64,000 nucleotides of DNA from an uncultured Acidobacteriota bacterium (GCA_963770895.1 CAVYRF010000002.1:736001-800000), one strand, 5' to 3'. Shown: positions 1-10,466, counted from the stretch's first letter. The notes: generated by a model not told the origin, from the letters alone. Program-made: numbers and translations.

Positions 1-1494
1 GCGCGTCAGCTCGGCGAGCGGGCGCCCGGCGGCGTCGGCGCCGAAGGCGCCCAGGGCCACCAGGTGGTCGCGCTTGACCAGGAACAGCACGGCGCGCTCG
101 ACCGATTCGGAGATGATGTGCATCAGGTTGAGCGCCACGGTGGCGGAGATCAGCCCTGAACGCAGATCGCCGAAAACCCGTCGCAGGCGCGCCACTCCCG
201 ATTGGGAAGCGGTTTCGGGCACGATGGGCGCCGCCGCGGGGCCCGGCAGCAGGTCGTCGCGGCTGTCGATGAGGTTTTCGACGCACGCGGCGATGGCTTC
301 GACGTCGGGCGGCAGCGCATTGAGCATCCCGGCGGCGTAGACCTTGACGATCGGCGTACCGGGGTCGACCACCGCGATCAGCGAGGCGCGCGGACGCGCC
401 CGCCGCAGGGCCGTGGCCTGCTCCAGCGTCACGCCGCCGGGACGCAGATCCACCACCACGATGGGCGGCGGCTCACCCGGACCCGCCATCCCCGCCTGGT
501 CGATGCCCATGCCTTCCACGCCGGCCACCTGGTGGTGCAGCACCTGCGCCAGCCGCTCGCAGAGCACCGCATCGGCGGAGACGATCTGCAGGTGCAGGCG
601 CTCGACGGCGTGCGTCGGCGCTTCGCCGCGGCGCGGCTCCGCCTGCGGCCTGGGCTCGAGCAGCATGACCGCCGCCGCGGATCCCACCGTGGTGAGGGCG
701 ACGGCCTGATCCAGCGACGGGTTGGTGGCGTCGCCATCCGCATAGCCGCCCATCGCCGGCGTCGCCCCCGCACCGTGCGACGGCGCGTGCGCAGCGCTTG
801 CAGCCATCGGGCCGCTGGCAGCCAGCGGAGCCAACGACCCGAGCGGCAGCATGTGGCCGCCGCCCATGGCGTCGTCACCGGCGGCGCCGGCGTGCCGGGC
901 GCCGGCGGGGAGCGAACGGCGCAGCTCGGCCAGGCCGGGGATGCCGCCGCCGGCCGGTTCGGCGACTTCGCCACGCCCGCGGTTGCGTTCCCGCTCGTCG
1001 AAGATGCGGGCGGCTTCGAGCAACACCATCTGGGTGTTGATGTCGGCGTCCGGCAGCACGTCGCTGGGGTACAGCGCGATGTCGTCGATCGGCCGCAGGT
1101 CGTCGATGGCGAATTCGAAGGTGCCGGTTTCCCAGACCATCACTTCGGAGACCGCCTGCTCGATCTGCTGGCCGATGACGCGGCGCAGCCCTTCGGCGTC
1201 GATGGCGCCGGACGCCACCAGCATCTGTCCGAGCGAGCGCCGCTCGCGTTCGAGGGACTGCGATTCGATCGCCCGGTCGAGCGTGTGGGTGCTGATCAAG
1301 CCCGAGGAGATCAACAGGTCGCCCAGCTTGGGCGTGCGCGGAGCCTGCGCCGACACCAGCCGGCCGCCGTGGAAGCCGATCACGGCGCGCTGGGCGCCGC
1401 GCGTCAGCAGCAGCGTGCCGGTGCGCCGTCCCAGGTGGATGAACTGCATGACGTCCGCGACGGAGACGTCTTTCAGACTACCGGAAATGGCCAT
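1..1494 (-). CDS. DUF4388 (PatA_N-like) domain signalling protein with probable receiver-like region; runs off the left edge
   Basis: Own translation from ATG at 1494: MAISGSLKDVSVADVMQFIHLGRRTGTLLL...PKLGDLL, a typical DUF4388 start. Absent from the ORF track, consistent with no stop inside the window. Confidence 0.75.
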   Translation of the reverse strand, partial: MAISGSLKDVSVADVMQFIHLGRRTGTLLLTRGAQRAVIGFHGGRLVSAQAPRTPKLGDLLISSGLISTHTLDRAIESQSLERERRSLGQMLVASGAIDAEGLRRVIGQQIEQAVSEVMVWETGTFEFAIDDLRPIDDIALYPSDVLPDADINTQMVLLEAARIFDERERNRGRGEVAEPAGGGIPGLAELRRSLPAGARHAGAAGDDAMGGGHMLPLGSLAPLAASGPMAASAAHAPSHGAGATPAMGGYADGDATNPSLDQAVALTTVGSAAAVMLLEPRPQAEPRRGEAPTHAVERLHLQIVSADAVLCERLAQVLHHQVAGVEGMGIDQAGMAGPGEPPPIVVVDLRPGGVTLEQATALRRARPRASLIAVVDPGTPIVKVYAAGMLNALPPDVEAIAACVENLIDSRDDLLPGPAAAPIVPETASQSGVARLRRVFGDLRSGLISATVALNLMHIISESVERAVLFLVKRDHLVALGAFGADAAGRPLAELTR

Positions 1495-1530
1495 CGCTCT
1501 GACTTTCGGGTGTGCCGCGCGGTCCGGACT

Positions 1531-2307
1531 CTACTCGCCCCGCGCCAGCTTGACGAGGCTTTCCAGCGTGCGGAGCTTGCGGTCCTTGGTCGCGAACAGC
1601 CGCGCCGCAAAGAGAGCCGACGCGGCATGGGCCGACAGCAGGTCCAGCAGATCGCGGTCTTCCGCCCGCAGGATGGGCTTGTGGTCGAGCAGCTTGAGCA
1701 GCACCAGCGCGCCGACGATCTCGTTTTGCACCCGCAGCGGCACCGCCGCCAACGCTTTCGAGTCGCCGGTCGGTCCCAGGCGCAACACGCCGTCGCCGAG
1801 CGTCGCGTCGACCACCGGGTCGCCGCCGCCGTAGGTTTCGCCGCCGTACAGCGGATCGATGTCGCCGTAGGCACCTTCGATGAGGGCGATCTCGCAGCCG
1901 TCGCCTTCGTCGCGCCGCAGCAGCAGGACGAACTGCTCGGCGCCCAGCAGGTTGATGGCGATTTCGGCAATCGTCGCCTGCACCTCCGCCGGGTCCAGCG
2001 TCGCGTGCAGCTGGTAGGTGGCGACGTACAGGTTCATCAGGCGGCCGCCCTGGTGCTCCGAGTCCACCAGCCGCGACGCCAGCTCCTTGACGTCCGAATC
2101 GGCCGTCGCCAGACGCCGCTCCAGCTCGGTGACGCGGCTCAGGCCGGCGAGATCGCCGCCACGCTCCGCGATTTCGCGCAGGTTGACCTCTGCGACGCGG
2201 GCCAGCTCGCCGGCGCGCTCCAGGGTGATGCGCAGCTCGCCGATCAGGTCGAGTCCAGGCGAGGCCTGTGCCGGGCCGGCGCCGATCTGCGACACCCGGT
2301 CGTTCAC
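1531..2307 (-). CDS. Coiled-coil + GAF domain protein
   Basis: LYVATYQLHATLD...ALAAVPLRVQNEIVGALVLLKLL...DRDLLDLLSAHAASAL is a GAF signature; overlaps the upstream response regulator by 4 nt. Confidence 0.8.
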   Translation of the reverse strand: MNDRVSQIGAGPAQASPGLDLIGELRITLERAGELARVAEVNLREIAERGGDLAGLSRVTELERRLATADSDVKELASRLVDSEHQGGRLMNLYVATYQLHATLDPAEVQATIAEIAINLLGAEQFVLLLRRDEGDGCEIALIEGAYGDIDPLYGGETYGGGDPVVDATLGDGVLRLGPTGDSKALAAVPLRVQNEIVGALVLLKLLDHKPILRAEDRDLLDLLSAHAASALFAARLFATKDRKLRTLESLVKLARGE

Positions 2308-2684
2308 GCCGCGGACCTCGCCGGCAGACGGGCGATCACGGCCAGGATCTCCTCGCTGTGGAACGGCTTCTTGATGTACGCCGAGGCGCCGGCCGCGAGG
2401 CCGCGCACGGTGTCTTCTTCGCGCCCTTCGGTGCTGATGATCACCACCGAGGTGGCGCCCCGCGAACCGCCGGACGAGCGCAGCTGGGCGAGGAATTCCA
2501 GGCCGTTCATGTTCGGCATGTTCACGTCGAGCAGCACCAGGTCCACGTCTTCATGCTCGCGCAATCGTTCCAATGCCTGCCTGCCGTCGGAAGCGTACAC
2601 CAGCGCATACTGGCGCAGCATCACCTCGTACATTTTGTGCATGAGCTTCGAGTCATCGACGACCAGGACTTTCCTTGGCTGCAC
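2304..2684 (-). CDS. Single-domain CheY-like response regulator
   Basis: KVLVVDDS, LVLLDVNMPNMNG, IISTEG, YIKKPF; GTG start at 2684 with purine-rich RBS. Confidence 0.9.
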   Translation of the reverse strand: MQPRKVLVVDDSKLMHKMYEVMLRQYALVYASDGRQALERLREHEDVDLVLLDVNMPNMNGLEFLAQLRSSGGSRGATSVVIISTEGREEDTVRGLAAGASAYIKKPFHSEEILAVIARLPARSAA

Positions 2685-2919
2685 AGCGCTCTCCCGCCGG
2701 AGCTGCCAGGCCTCCTCGCCGGCTTCGGCGCGTGCCCGCGGTCCGGCGCTTTCGGTGGACGCACCAACCCCCAAAGCAGCAGTCTAGCCAATGCATTGAC
2801 CTAGTTCAAGTTGGTCGCAGCGCGCTCCAATTGCGCTGCGCGCCGCTCGCGTTGCAGTGCAGATTTGCGCTGACGCTAATACCGGCGACTGGTATACGAC
2901 CTGACAAATCCCCGCGTCA

Positions 2920-3198
2920 GGGACCGATCCGCGTCGATTCGAAAGCCCGCTGTCGATGGCCGATGGGGTGCGCTGGTCGCGCCGGCTCTGGCGAGCCGCC
3001 GAAGTGATGCCGATCCTTCCCGCGCCCGGCGTCATGGATCGCACGCTCGAGCTCCTGGAGCGCCTGCGCCTGGGGCGCAAGCGCATCCTCGACACCGCCC
3101 TTGCCGCCACCCTCCAGCTGGCCGGCGTGGATCGCCTCGCCACCTTCAACGCGCCGGACTTCCGGCGGTTCGACTTTCTGCAGCTCACGCCGGACTGA
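2920..3198 (+). pseudogene. 5'-truncated PIN-domain (VapC-like) toxin remnant
   Basis: Frame reads TDPRRFESPLSM...RILDTALAATL...LATFNAPDF (C-terminal half of a PIN domain); in-frame TGA at 2902, no N-terminal DTN motif. Confidence 0.6.
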
Positions 3199-3220
3199 CT
3201 CCGATCCCAGACGCCACCCG

Positions 3221-5122
3221 TCACTGGTACATGTCGAGGAAGGCCTGGCTGTTGGCGTCGTCGGCGACGACCCAGGCCGAGAGGTTGGCCAGCATGTTGA
3301 TCTCGGTGGCGGACAGGCCGGTGTCGAAGGTCGGGTAGTGGGGGAACGAGTTGAACGCCATCGGATCGGTAAAGGAGCCGAGCAGCGCCTGCACCTGCGG
3401 CGAAAGCAGGTCGTACCAGGCCTTCACCCGGCTGTTGTAGACCCACAGCACGGTGACGGTGCGGCCGCCGTGCACCCCGAACCAGGCGTTGTCCAGCACC
3501 GGCAGGGTCTGCTTGAAGACGGCGGGGGCGGCGTTGGTGCCGCTGCCGCTGGCCGCCCACAGGCCGCGCAGAAACGGAGCGAACTGCTCCGGCGGGAAGA
3601 CGCAGCTCTTGCCGCCTTCGGCGAACACGGGGGTTTCGTCGCCGGCGTAGGGGATGTACCCGACTCCCGGCTGGTAGGGCTGGTAGCCGAACAGCGGCGG
3701 CAGGTCCTGGGTGACCGCCACCCGCGTCCCCGCGATCTCGTTGCCCTGGGCGTCGATGACGCCGCGGTTGCCGGAGGTGATCGCCGCGTCGGTGTTGATG
3801 AAGGAGATCAGCTGCCCCACGTCCGCATAGGAGAGGGTCGCTGCCACGCCCAGGTTTTCCAGGTTGCCGCCGTCGGCAAAGCGCGTCGGCTTGGTCGCCG
3901 GCCAGGCGGACGCGCCGGTGACCGGCCAGTACTGGAACTGCGGGATCAGGTCCTGCAGCACCTGCAGATCGGCCTTTGCCTCGACCAGCATCTCGATCTT
4001 CGACAGCACCGACTCCACGCCCTGCAGCGCCTTGGCCGCGACCATGTCGAACTCGGGGAAGCGGCTGCCCAGCAGGTCGGTGACCCGGCCGCCGAACTGG
4101 TTGAGCGCCACGAACATCTGGCTGGGGTCCTGCTGCCACGTGGCGAACAGGTTTTCCAGCACCTCGGCAAAGGCGGCGCTGCTGGCGCCGACGATCTCAG
4201 CCAGCGACAGCTGGCGCTGCTGCGCGGCCGACACCGCGGCAGCGTCCACCGCCGTCGGATTGGAGCTGAAGGCGAACGACGTGACGCCGCCGCCGCCCAC
4301 GGCGCGGCCGTTGGCGTCGGTGCCCTGCGGCGCGCCGACGATGCCGGTGAAAAAGGGCGTGGCCTGCGCCGGCGCCAGGTAGTGGTAGGTGGTGGCCGGG
4401 GTGTTCACGAACATCGAGCTGTTGCACAGCAGGTAGGGCCGCTGGTCGTGCCCGGCGCCGGCGGCGACCAGGTGCCCCGTTTCGGCGGCGAGCGCCGGGT
4501 TGGGGCCGGTGACCTGCGCGGCGAGCGTCGCCGGGTCCCACGAAAAATACGACGTCGGCAACGAATCGGTGCCGGGTTGGTACAGACCGTACGGCTGCAG
4601 GATGTGCATGCCGATCAGCACCTGCCACAGGAAGTTGGGAGGAGTGTGGTGGAACTTGTACAGCAGATAGCCGGCGATCGCCAGCGCCGGCACCGAGAAC
4701 AGGTCGCCCTCAATGGAGTTGCCGATGTTGCCGGCCGGCAGCACGTCCAGCGTCTCCGCCGGCGGATGCCCCGGCGTCGAGGTCGGCACCAGCGCCCCCT
4801 GGTCGGCGACGTAGTCGTTGAGGAACTGCGCGTCGCTCGTCGCGGCGGGCAGGAATTCGAAGGTCACACCCAGCCACGAACCGCCCGACACGGTGGACAG
4901 GCTGCGCGTCTGGCTGAGCAGGCTGCGGCCGTTGCTCTGCAGGTACGCCAGGGCGCGCAGCTGCCCCATGCCGGCGCTCAGGGCGCGCGAGCCGCCGCCG
5001 GAAAGGCAGACCCCCACCTGTCCGGGCGTATCGTTGCGCGCCACGAACTGGCCGACGGTGAGCGATTGGGAAGTGTCGGTCAGCTGGGCGTTGAAGGTCC
5101 CTGCCACTGCTTGGTTCGGCAT
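3221..5122 (-). CDS. Patatin/cPLA2/phospholipase B-like lipase
   Basis: CLSGGGSRA (oxyanion loop), TVSGGSW (nucleophile Ser), FADGG (catalytic Asp); ATG 5122 with GGAGG RBS. Confidence 0.8.
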   Translation of the reverse strand: MPNQAVAGTFNAQLTDTSQSLTVGQFVARNDTPGQVGVCLSGGGSRALSAGMGQLRALAYLQSNGRSLLSQTRSLSTVSGGSWLGVTFEFLPAATSDAQFLNDYVADQGALVPTSTPGHPPAETLDVLPAGNIGNSIEGDLFSVPALAIAGYLLYKFHHTPPNFLWQVLIGMHILQPYGLYQPGTDSLPTSYFSWDPATLAAQVTGPNPALAAETGHLVAAGAGHDQRPYLLCNSSMFVNTPATTYHYLAPAQATPFFTGIVGAPQGTDANGRAVGGGGVTSFAFSSNPTAVDAAAVSAAQQRQLSLAEIVGASSAAFAEVLENLFATWQQDPSQMFVALNQFGGRVTDLLGSRFPEFDMVAAKALQGVESVLSKIEMLVEAKADLQVLQDLIPQFQYWPVTGASAWPATKPTRFADGGNLENLGVAATLSYADVGQLISFINTDAAITSGNRGVIDAQGNEIAGTRVAVTQDLPPLFGYQPYQPGVGYIPYAGDETPVFAEGGKSCVFPPEQFAPFLRGLWAASGSGTNAAPAVFKQTLPVLDNAWFGVHGGRTVTVLWVYNSRVKAWYDLLSPQVQALLGSFTDPMAFNSFPHYPTFDTGLSATEINMLANLSAWVVADDANSQAFLDMYQ

Positions 5123-5270
5123 CGAAGCCTCCCTTTGGGGCCGGCGAGCGCCCCATCGTTTCTGCTCGCACCAGGCATGCGCGGCACCCGGCGCCGAATT
5201 GGAATCGGTCGTGGATTTTTGGCAGTTTAGCATGACCGCGCCGGCACCGGCGCCATGGTAAATTCAGCCC

Positions 5271-5768
5271 ATGGCGGTGCCGACGGACCCGGTGGTGGCA
5301 GGGTGGGCCTCGTACTACGCGGGGCTGCTGCGCGAGCGCCGTCACGGCGCCCAGCAGCTGGCGGTCCTGACCCGGCTACGGCGGGCGCGCCAGCACATGA
5401 CGGCCGGCCAGGCGCTGGAGGAGCCGCTGGACCTGGCGGCGATGGCCAGCGCCGCGCACTTTTCCAAGTTCCATTTTCTCCGCCTGTTCCGGCAGGCGTA
5501 CGGCGAAACGCCGGCGCGCTATCGCTCGCAGCTGCGCCTGGAACGGGCGCGCGCGCTGCTTGAAACCACCGACCGCAGCATCACCGACATCTGCCTGGAC
5601 GTCGGGTTTGCCAGCCTCCCCTCCTTCAGCGGCGCCTTTCGCAAGCACACCGGCCATTCGCCGCGGCACTACCGGCGCAGCCAGATCGTGGTGCCGCGCG
5701 CCATCCGGGCGGCACCGCGGGTGCCGGGTTGTTTCGTCGCCATGTACGCGGCGACGCGGCCGGCTTAG
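5271..5768 (+). CDS. AraC-family transcriptional regulator
   Basis: SKFHFLRLFRQAYGETP...SITDICLDVGFASLPSFSGAFRKHTGHSP double-HTH signature. Confidence 0.9.
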   Translation: MAVPTDPVVAGWASYYAGLLRERRHGAQQLAVLTRLRRARQHMTAGQALEEPLDLAAMASAAHFSKFHFLRLFRQAYGETPARYRSQLRLERARALLETTDRSITDICLDVGFASLPSFSGAFRKHTGHSPRHYRRSQIVVPRAIRAAPRVPGCFVAMYAATRPA

Positions 5769-5833
5769 CAATCGGCGATAAGCGTCGCCGCGGCGGGTGC
5801 GCTAGCGTTCTCCCAACAGATAAGGAGACCGCA

Positions 5834-6238
5834 ATGATCAGCCACCTGTCCCACGCCGTCGTCTACGTCCTCGATCACGACCGCGCCATCGACTTCTACA
5901 CCAACAAGCTGGGCATGGAGGTGCGCACCGATGCGCGCGCGGGCGACTTCCGCTGGGTCACCGTCGGCGTGCCCGGCCAGCCCGAGGTGGAGATCGCGCT
6001 GATGGAGCCCAAACCCGGCCTGGTGATGGACGCCGAGGACGCCGCCCAGATCCGCGCCCTGGTCGCAAAGGGCGCGCTGAGCGGGGGCGTCCTCGACACC
6101 CCCGACTGCGCCGCCGCCTACCAGGAGCTCAAAGCGCGCGGAGTGCAGTTCAAATCCGAGCCTCAAAAGCAGGAGTGGGGCACCGGCGCGGTCTTCGTCG
6201 ACGATTCGGGCAACTTCTTCAGCCTCTCCCAGCATTGA
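5834..6238 (+). CDS. VOC/glyoxalase family protein
   Basis: HAVVYVLDHDRAIDFY...AYQELKARGVQF...DDSGNFF; AAGGAG RBS. Confidence 0.9.
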   Translation: MISHLSHAVVYVLDHDRAIDFYTNKLGMEVRTDARAGDFRWVTVGVPGQPEVEIALMEPKPGLVMDAEDAAQIRALVAKGALSGGVLDTPDCAAAYQELKARGVQFKSEPQKQEWGTGAVFVDDSGNFFSLSQH

Positions 6239-6330
6239 GACCCGGCGCTTGTCTCGCGGCGGCGCGCCGGCTAACCTGGGCCGGCCGGCCGGCGCGCCGC
6301 CGGCCATCCACCGGCGAAGGGAGAGCAACC

Positions 6331-7071
6331 ATGATCGACGAAGACATCCAGGTCCAGGCCGCCGACGGCACCGCCCTGGCCGTGCTGGTGCGCGACGGGG
6401 GCGGGCGGCGGCGGCCCGCGGTCCTGCTGCTGACCGACATCGGCGGTATCCGCCCCGCCACCCGCGACCACGCCCGCCGTCTGGGTGAGCAGGGCTACAC
6501 CGTCCTGCTTCCCAACGTCTTCTACCGGACCGCCCAGCCGCCGCTCTGGGAGACCCGCCCCAACATGGCCGAAGAGAAGGGCAGGCAGCGCTTTGCCGAG
6601 CTGACCGGGCCGCTCGCTCCCGACGCCATGGAGCGCGACTGCGGCGCCTACGTCGATTTCCTGGCCGGCTGCGCCGCCGCCGCGCCGGGGCCGATGGCCG
6701 TCGTCGGCTACTGCTTTACCGGCGGCATGGCCCTGCGCGCCGCCGCGGCGCGCGCCGACCGCATCGCCGCCGCCGCCTCGTTCCACGGCGGCGGCCTGTG
6801 GACCGACGCCCCCACCAGCCCTCACCTGCAGCTGCCCCGCGTCAAGGCGCGGCTCTACTTCGGCCACGCCCAGGACGACCGCAGCATGCCCGCCGCCGCC
6901 ATCGCCCAGCTGGAAGGCGCGCTGGCCGCCTGGGGCGGCACCTGGGAGAGCGAGGTCTACCAGGGCGCCCACCACGGCTGGACCATGCCGGGATCCCCGG
7001 TCTACAACCCCGAGCAGGCCGACCGCGCCTTCGGCAAGCTGACCGACCTGCTGGCCGCCACTCTTCGGTAA
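6331..7071 (+). CDS. Dienelactone hydrolase family protein
   Basis: GYCFTG nucleophile, ASFHGG, YQGAHHGW. Confidence 0.9.
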   Translation: MIDEDIQVQAADGTALAVLVRDGGGRRRPAVLLLTDIGGIRPATRDHARRLGEQGYTVLLPNVFYRTAQPPLWETRPNMAEEKGRQRFAELTGPLAPDAMERDCGAYVDFLAGCAAAAPGPMAVVGYCFTGGMALRAAAARADRIAAAASFHGGGLWTDAPTSPHLQLPRVKARLYFGHAQDDRSMPAAAIAQLEGALAAWGGTWESEVYQGAHHGWTMPGSPVYNPEQADRAFGKLTDLLAATLR

Positions 7072-7395
7072 TCGCGGCAGCGCCGTGCGGACCAGCCGCG
7101 CGGGCCAGGCCCGGGCACGCGTCCAATCGCGACAGGACCAAGCGGAATTTTGGCCGCCGCGTCCCGTTCCTGGCCGCGACTCGCACGCCCTCCTAAGAGA
7201 GGCCCGCCATCCGGCAGGTGGTGGTGCCCGGCCTGCTCCGCAAAGCCAGCATGCTTAGCTTTTCCGATACACTGCAACGCACACAAGGCGCCGGCGGCGC
7301 CCCTCAACCCTCGCACTGGCAAGCATTGCCGCAACCGCAGGCGCAAACGCTGGAGTTGCGCCCATTCACCACCCGCACCCGAAAGGACTATCGCA

Positions 7396-7887
7396 ATGGT
7401 TGACGCTCGGTTGGGCTCACAGGCCCGCAGTATTGATCATATTGCCATCGCCGTTCGCAATCTCGAAGAATCGATCACCTTCTATACCGACGTGTTGGGC
7501 TTCGAGCTCCGCGAGCGCCGCAAGACCGAAGGCAAAAAGACCGCCATGGTTTCGGCCGTGCTCAAGGCCGGCCCGATCACCGTGGTGCTGCTCGAGGGGA
7601 CCTCGCCGGAATCGCAGGTGTCCAAGTTCATCGAGCACTACGGCCCCGGCGTGCAACACCTGGCCGTCGCCGTCGAAGATCTGCCGGCAACCGCCGAACG
7701 GCTCAAGCAGGCCGGTCTGTCCTTCGATACCTCCATCATCGAGAGCCCGGGCCTGCGGCAGATCTTCACCACTCGCGACCCCGGCTCGGGCATCATGATC
7801 GAGCTCATCGAGCGGATGGGTGGCGACTTCAGCGATCAGAGCGTGCAGAATCTCTTCCAGCAGCTGGAGCAGAAGGACAGCTTCTAG
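7396..7887 (+). CDS. Short VOC metalloenzyme resembling the catalytic C-terminal domain of HPPD/HmaS
   Basis: IDHIAIAV, PGVQHLAVAV, LRQIFT, IELIER (His-His-Glu triad) and terminal FSDQSVQNLFQQLE. Confidence 0.7.
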   Translation: MVDARLGSQARSIDHIAIAVRNLEESITFYTDVLGFELRERRKTEGKKTAMVSAVLKAGPITVVLLEGTSPESQVSKFIEHYGPGVQHLAVAVEDLPATAERLKQAGLSFDTSIIESPGLRQIFTTRDPGSGIMIELIERMGGDFSDQSVQNLFQQLEQKDSF

Positions 7888-7947
7888 AAGCGCGGCGCCG
7901 ACCGCGCCCGTGCACGCCCCGCCCACCGCGGGCGTTCAGGAGGTGAT

Positions 7948-9216
7948 GTGAAGCTGCAGCTGAAGCCCTGTTTCACCGAGCCGTTGCTGGAAGTCATGAA
8001 CTTCCTCAACGAGGTCGTGCTGCGCTATCCGCAGGCCGTGTCGTTCGCGCCCGGCCGGCCGGCGGAGCAGCATTTCGACGTCGCCGCCAGCCTCGACAAG
8101 GTGGCGACCTTCGTCGCCGATCGCGCCGCGGCCAGCGGCGCCTCGCAGCAGGCCGTCTACCGCGATCTCGGCCAGTACAACCGCACCAACGGCATCATCA
8201 ACGACCTGATCGCGCGCCAGATCGCCGCCGACGAGCACATCGCCGCCGACGCCGCATCGATCGTCGTCACCACCGGCTGCCAGGAGGGCATGGCAATCCT
8301 GCTCGCCGGACTCTTCGAGCCCGAGCGCGACGTGCTGCTGGTGAGCGATCCCACCTACATCGGCATCACCGGCCTGGCGCGCATCCTGGGCATCACCGTC
8401 GTGCCGGTGGCGAGCGGACCGCATGGCCTCGCGCCGCACGACGTCGAAGCGGCGATCGACGCCGTCGAGGCATCCGGCCGCCGCCCCCGCGCCCTGTACG
8501 ACATCCCCGACTTCAACAACCCCATGGGCACCCGCCTGCCGCTCGCCGCGCGCCACGCCCTGCTCGACCTCGCCGCCCGGCGCGGGGTGCTGATTTTCGA
8601 AGACAACCCCTATGGCATGTTCGGCTATGACGGCGAGCCGCTGCCGACCCTCAAGGCACTCGACCGGCAAGGCGTGGTCGTCTACATGGGGAGCTTCTCG
8701 AAGACGCTCTTTCCCGGCCTGCGCCTGGGCTACCTGGTCGCCGACCAGCAGGTCGACCTGCCCGGCGGCCGCCACGCCAGCCTCGCCGCCGAGCTCTCCA
8801 AGGTCAAGAGCCTGACCACCGTCAACACCTCTCCCCTGTTGCAGGCGGTCGCCGGCGGCATCCTGCTCGAAAACGGCGGCTCGCTCGCCGCCCTGATGAG
8901 CCGCAAGCTCCCCTCCTACCGGGCCAATCGCGACCGCATGCTGGCCTGCCTGGAGGCCCACCTGTCCGGCATCGCCACCTGGAATCGCCCCCAGGGCGGC
9001 TTCTTCCTCACCATCGACCTGCCCTTCGCATTCGATACCGACTGCCTGGAAACCTGCGCCCGCGACTTCGGCGTCATCTGCTGCCCGATGACCTTCTTCG
9101 CCCTGGCGCCCGGCCGCGAGCGCCAGATCCGCCTCTCCTTCAGCTACGTCACCGAAGAGCAGATCGAACAAGGCATCGCCCGCCTGGCGCGCTTCATCCG
9201 CGGATTCGGCCGATGA
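7948..9216 (+). CDS. PLP-dependent class I aminotransferase, HpgT-like
   Basis: MNFLNEV..RYPQAVSFAPGRP, DFNNPMG, EDNPY, GSFSKTLFPGLRLGY; N-terminus resembles hydroxyphenylglycine transaminases (recalled). Confidence 0.85.
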   Translation: MKLQLKPCFTEPLLEVMNFLNEVVLRYPQAVSFAPGRPAEQHFDVAASLDKVATFVADRAAASGASQQAVYRDLGQYNRTNGIINDLIARQIAADEHIAADAASIVVTTGCQEGMAILLAGLFEPERDVLLVSDPTYIGITGLARILGITVVPVASGPHGLAPHDVEAAIDAVEASGRRPRALYDIPDFNNPMGTRLPLAARHALLDLAARRGVLIFEDNPYGMFGYDGEPLPTLKALDRQGVVVYMGSFSKTLFPGLRLGYLVADQQVDLPGGRHASLAAELSKVKSLTTVNTSPLLQAVAGGILLENGGSLAALMSRKLPSYRANRDRMLACLEAHLSGIATWNRPQGGFFLTIDLPFAFDTDCLETCARDFGVICCPMTFFALAPGRERQIRLSFSYVTEEQIEQGIARLARFIRGFGR

Positions 9217-10307
9217 CCGGGTGGGCGCCTTCGCGCATCGCGGCCACGGCCTCCGCCGCCTTCACCCGGCGGGGTCTGTCCGCCGAGCACGCCGCCTATG
9301 TCGTCCAGGGCCTGCTGTTCGCCTCCGCCCGCGGCATCGACACCCACGGCCTGCGCCTGCTCAAGACCTACCTGGCGGAGCTCGACGGCGGCCGCGCCCT
9401 GGCCCGCCCCCGGCTGATCTGGCAACGCGAAAAGGGTGCCGTCCGCCTCCTCGACGCCGGCAACGCCCTGGGCATGGTCGCCGGCCGGGTGGCCGCGGCG
9501 CAGGCCGCCACCCTCGCCCACGAATTCGGCATCGGCGCCGTCACCGTCGCCAACTCCAACCACTTCGGCGCCGCCTCCTACTACACCGTCCAGCTGGCCC
9601 AGGACGGCCTCATCGGCCTCGCCTTCAGCAACTCCGACGCCCTGGTCGCCCCCCACAACGGCCTGCGCCCGCTGTTCGGCACCAACCCCCTATCCCTGGC
9701 CGTCGCCGGCGACGACGACGAGCTGTTCTGCGCCGACCTGGCCACCAGCCAGGTCTCCTACTCCCGCATCAAGCACCACCGCCAGCAGGGCATCCCGCTG
9801 CAACCCGGCTGGGCCCTGGCTGCCGACGGCACCGACGCCGCGCTCCCGCCGGCCGCGCCCGCCGGCGACCTGGCCCCCCGCTCACCCTCCCCGGCCGCAC
9901 CCGCCGGCGGCGTGACGCCTGGCGAAGTCGCGGCGCTCCAGCCCCTTGGCGGCTACAAAGGGCAGTGCCTGGGCATGGCCGTCGAGATCCTGTGCAGCCT
10001 GCTCACCGGCATGCCCTTCGACCACACGCTCACCCATCTGTACGATCCCCCCTTTGACCAGCCGCGCCAGGTCGCGCATCTCCTGATCGCCATCGACCCC
10101 GCCGCCCTGACCGACGCGCCCGCCCTGCGCACCAGGCTCACCCAATGGCTCCGCACCACCCGCACCGAGCCCGCCGCCGGCGCCGATCCCATCCTGGTGC
10201 CCGGCGACCCCGAGCGCGCCGCCGCCGCCGAGCGGCACCACCTCATCCCGCTCGACGATGAAGACCTGCGCCTCCTGACCGCTCTGGAACAGGCTGCAGA
10301 CAGCTAG
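9213..10307 (+). CDS. Ldh_2 family (malate/L-lactate/ureidoglycolate) NAD(P)-dependent dehydrogenase
   Basis: RGIDTHG, NSNHFGA, GTNPL, DLATS, GGYKG, LVPGDPE. Confidence 0.9.
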   Translation: MTGWAPSRIAATASAAFTRRGLSAEHAAYVVQGLLFASARGIDTHGLRLLKTYLAELDGGRALARPRLIWQREKGAVRLLDAGNALGMVAGRVAAAQAATLAHEFGIGAVTVANSNHFGAASYYTVQLAQDGLIGLAFSNSDALVAPHNGLRPLFGTNPLSLAVAGDDDELFCADLATSQVSYSRIKHHRQQGIPLQPGWALAADGTDAALPPAAPAGDLAPRSPSPAAPAGGVTPGEVAALQPLGGYKGQCLGMAVEILCSLLTGMPFDHTLTHLYDPPFDQPRQVAHLLIAIDPAALTDAPALRTRLTQWLRTTRTEPAAGADPILVPGDPERAAAAERHHLIPLDDEDLRLLTALEQAADS

Positions 10308-10466
10308 CACCGCGCGGCGCTCCACGGCTCCGCCCGGAGCATGCGAATATAGCTGAAATAGAGTGCGGCGGTATTTACAGCGAAAGATTCCCGCATATTC
10401 TTCTTCAGGACGCCCGCGTATCGGCCGCGCCGATGTCGGCCGGCGCGATGCGCCAGCGAACCCGCC

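Noticed and set aside
202-2787. 861-aa plus-strand ORF and many other long GC-rich ORFs (e.g. 3101-5230, 58823-61711)
   Set aside because: Antisense or alternate-frame shadows of recognisable genes; Arg/Gly/Ala-rich with no motifs.
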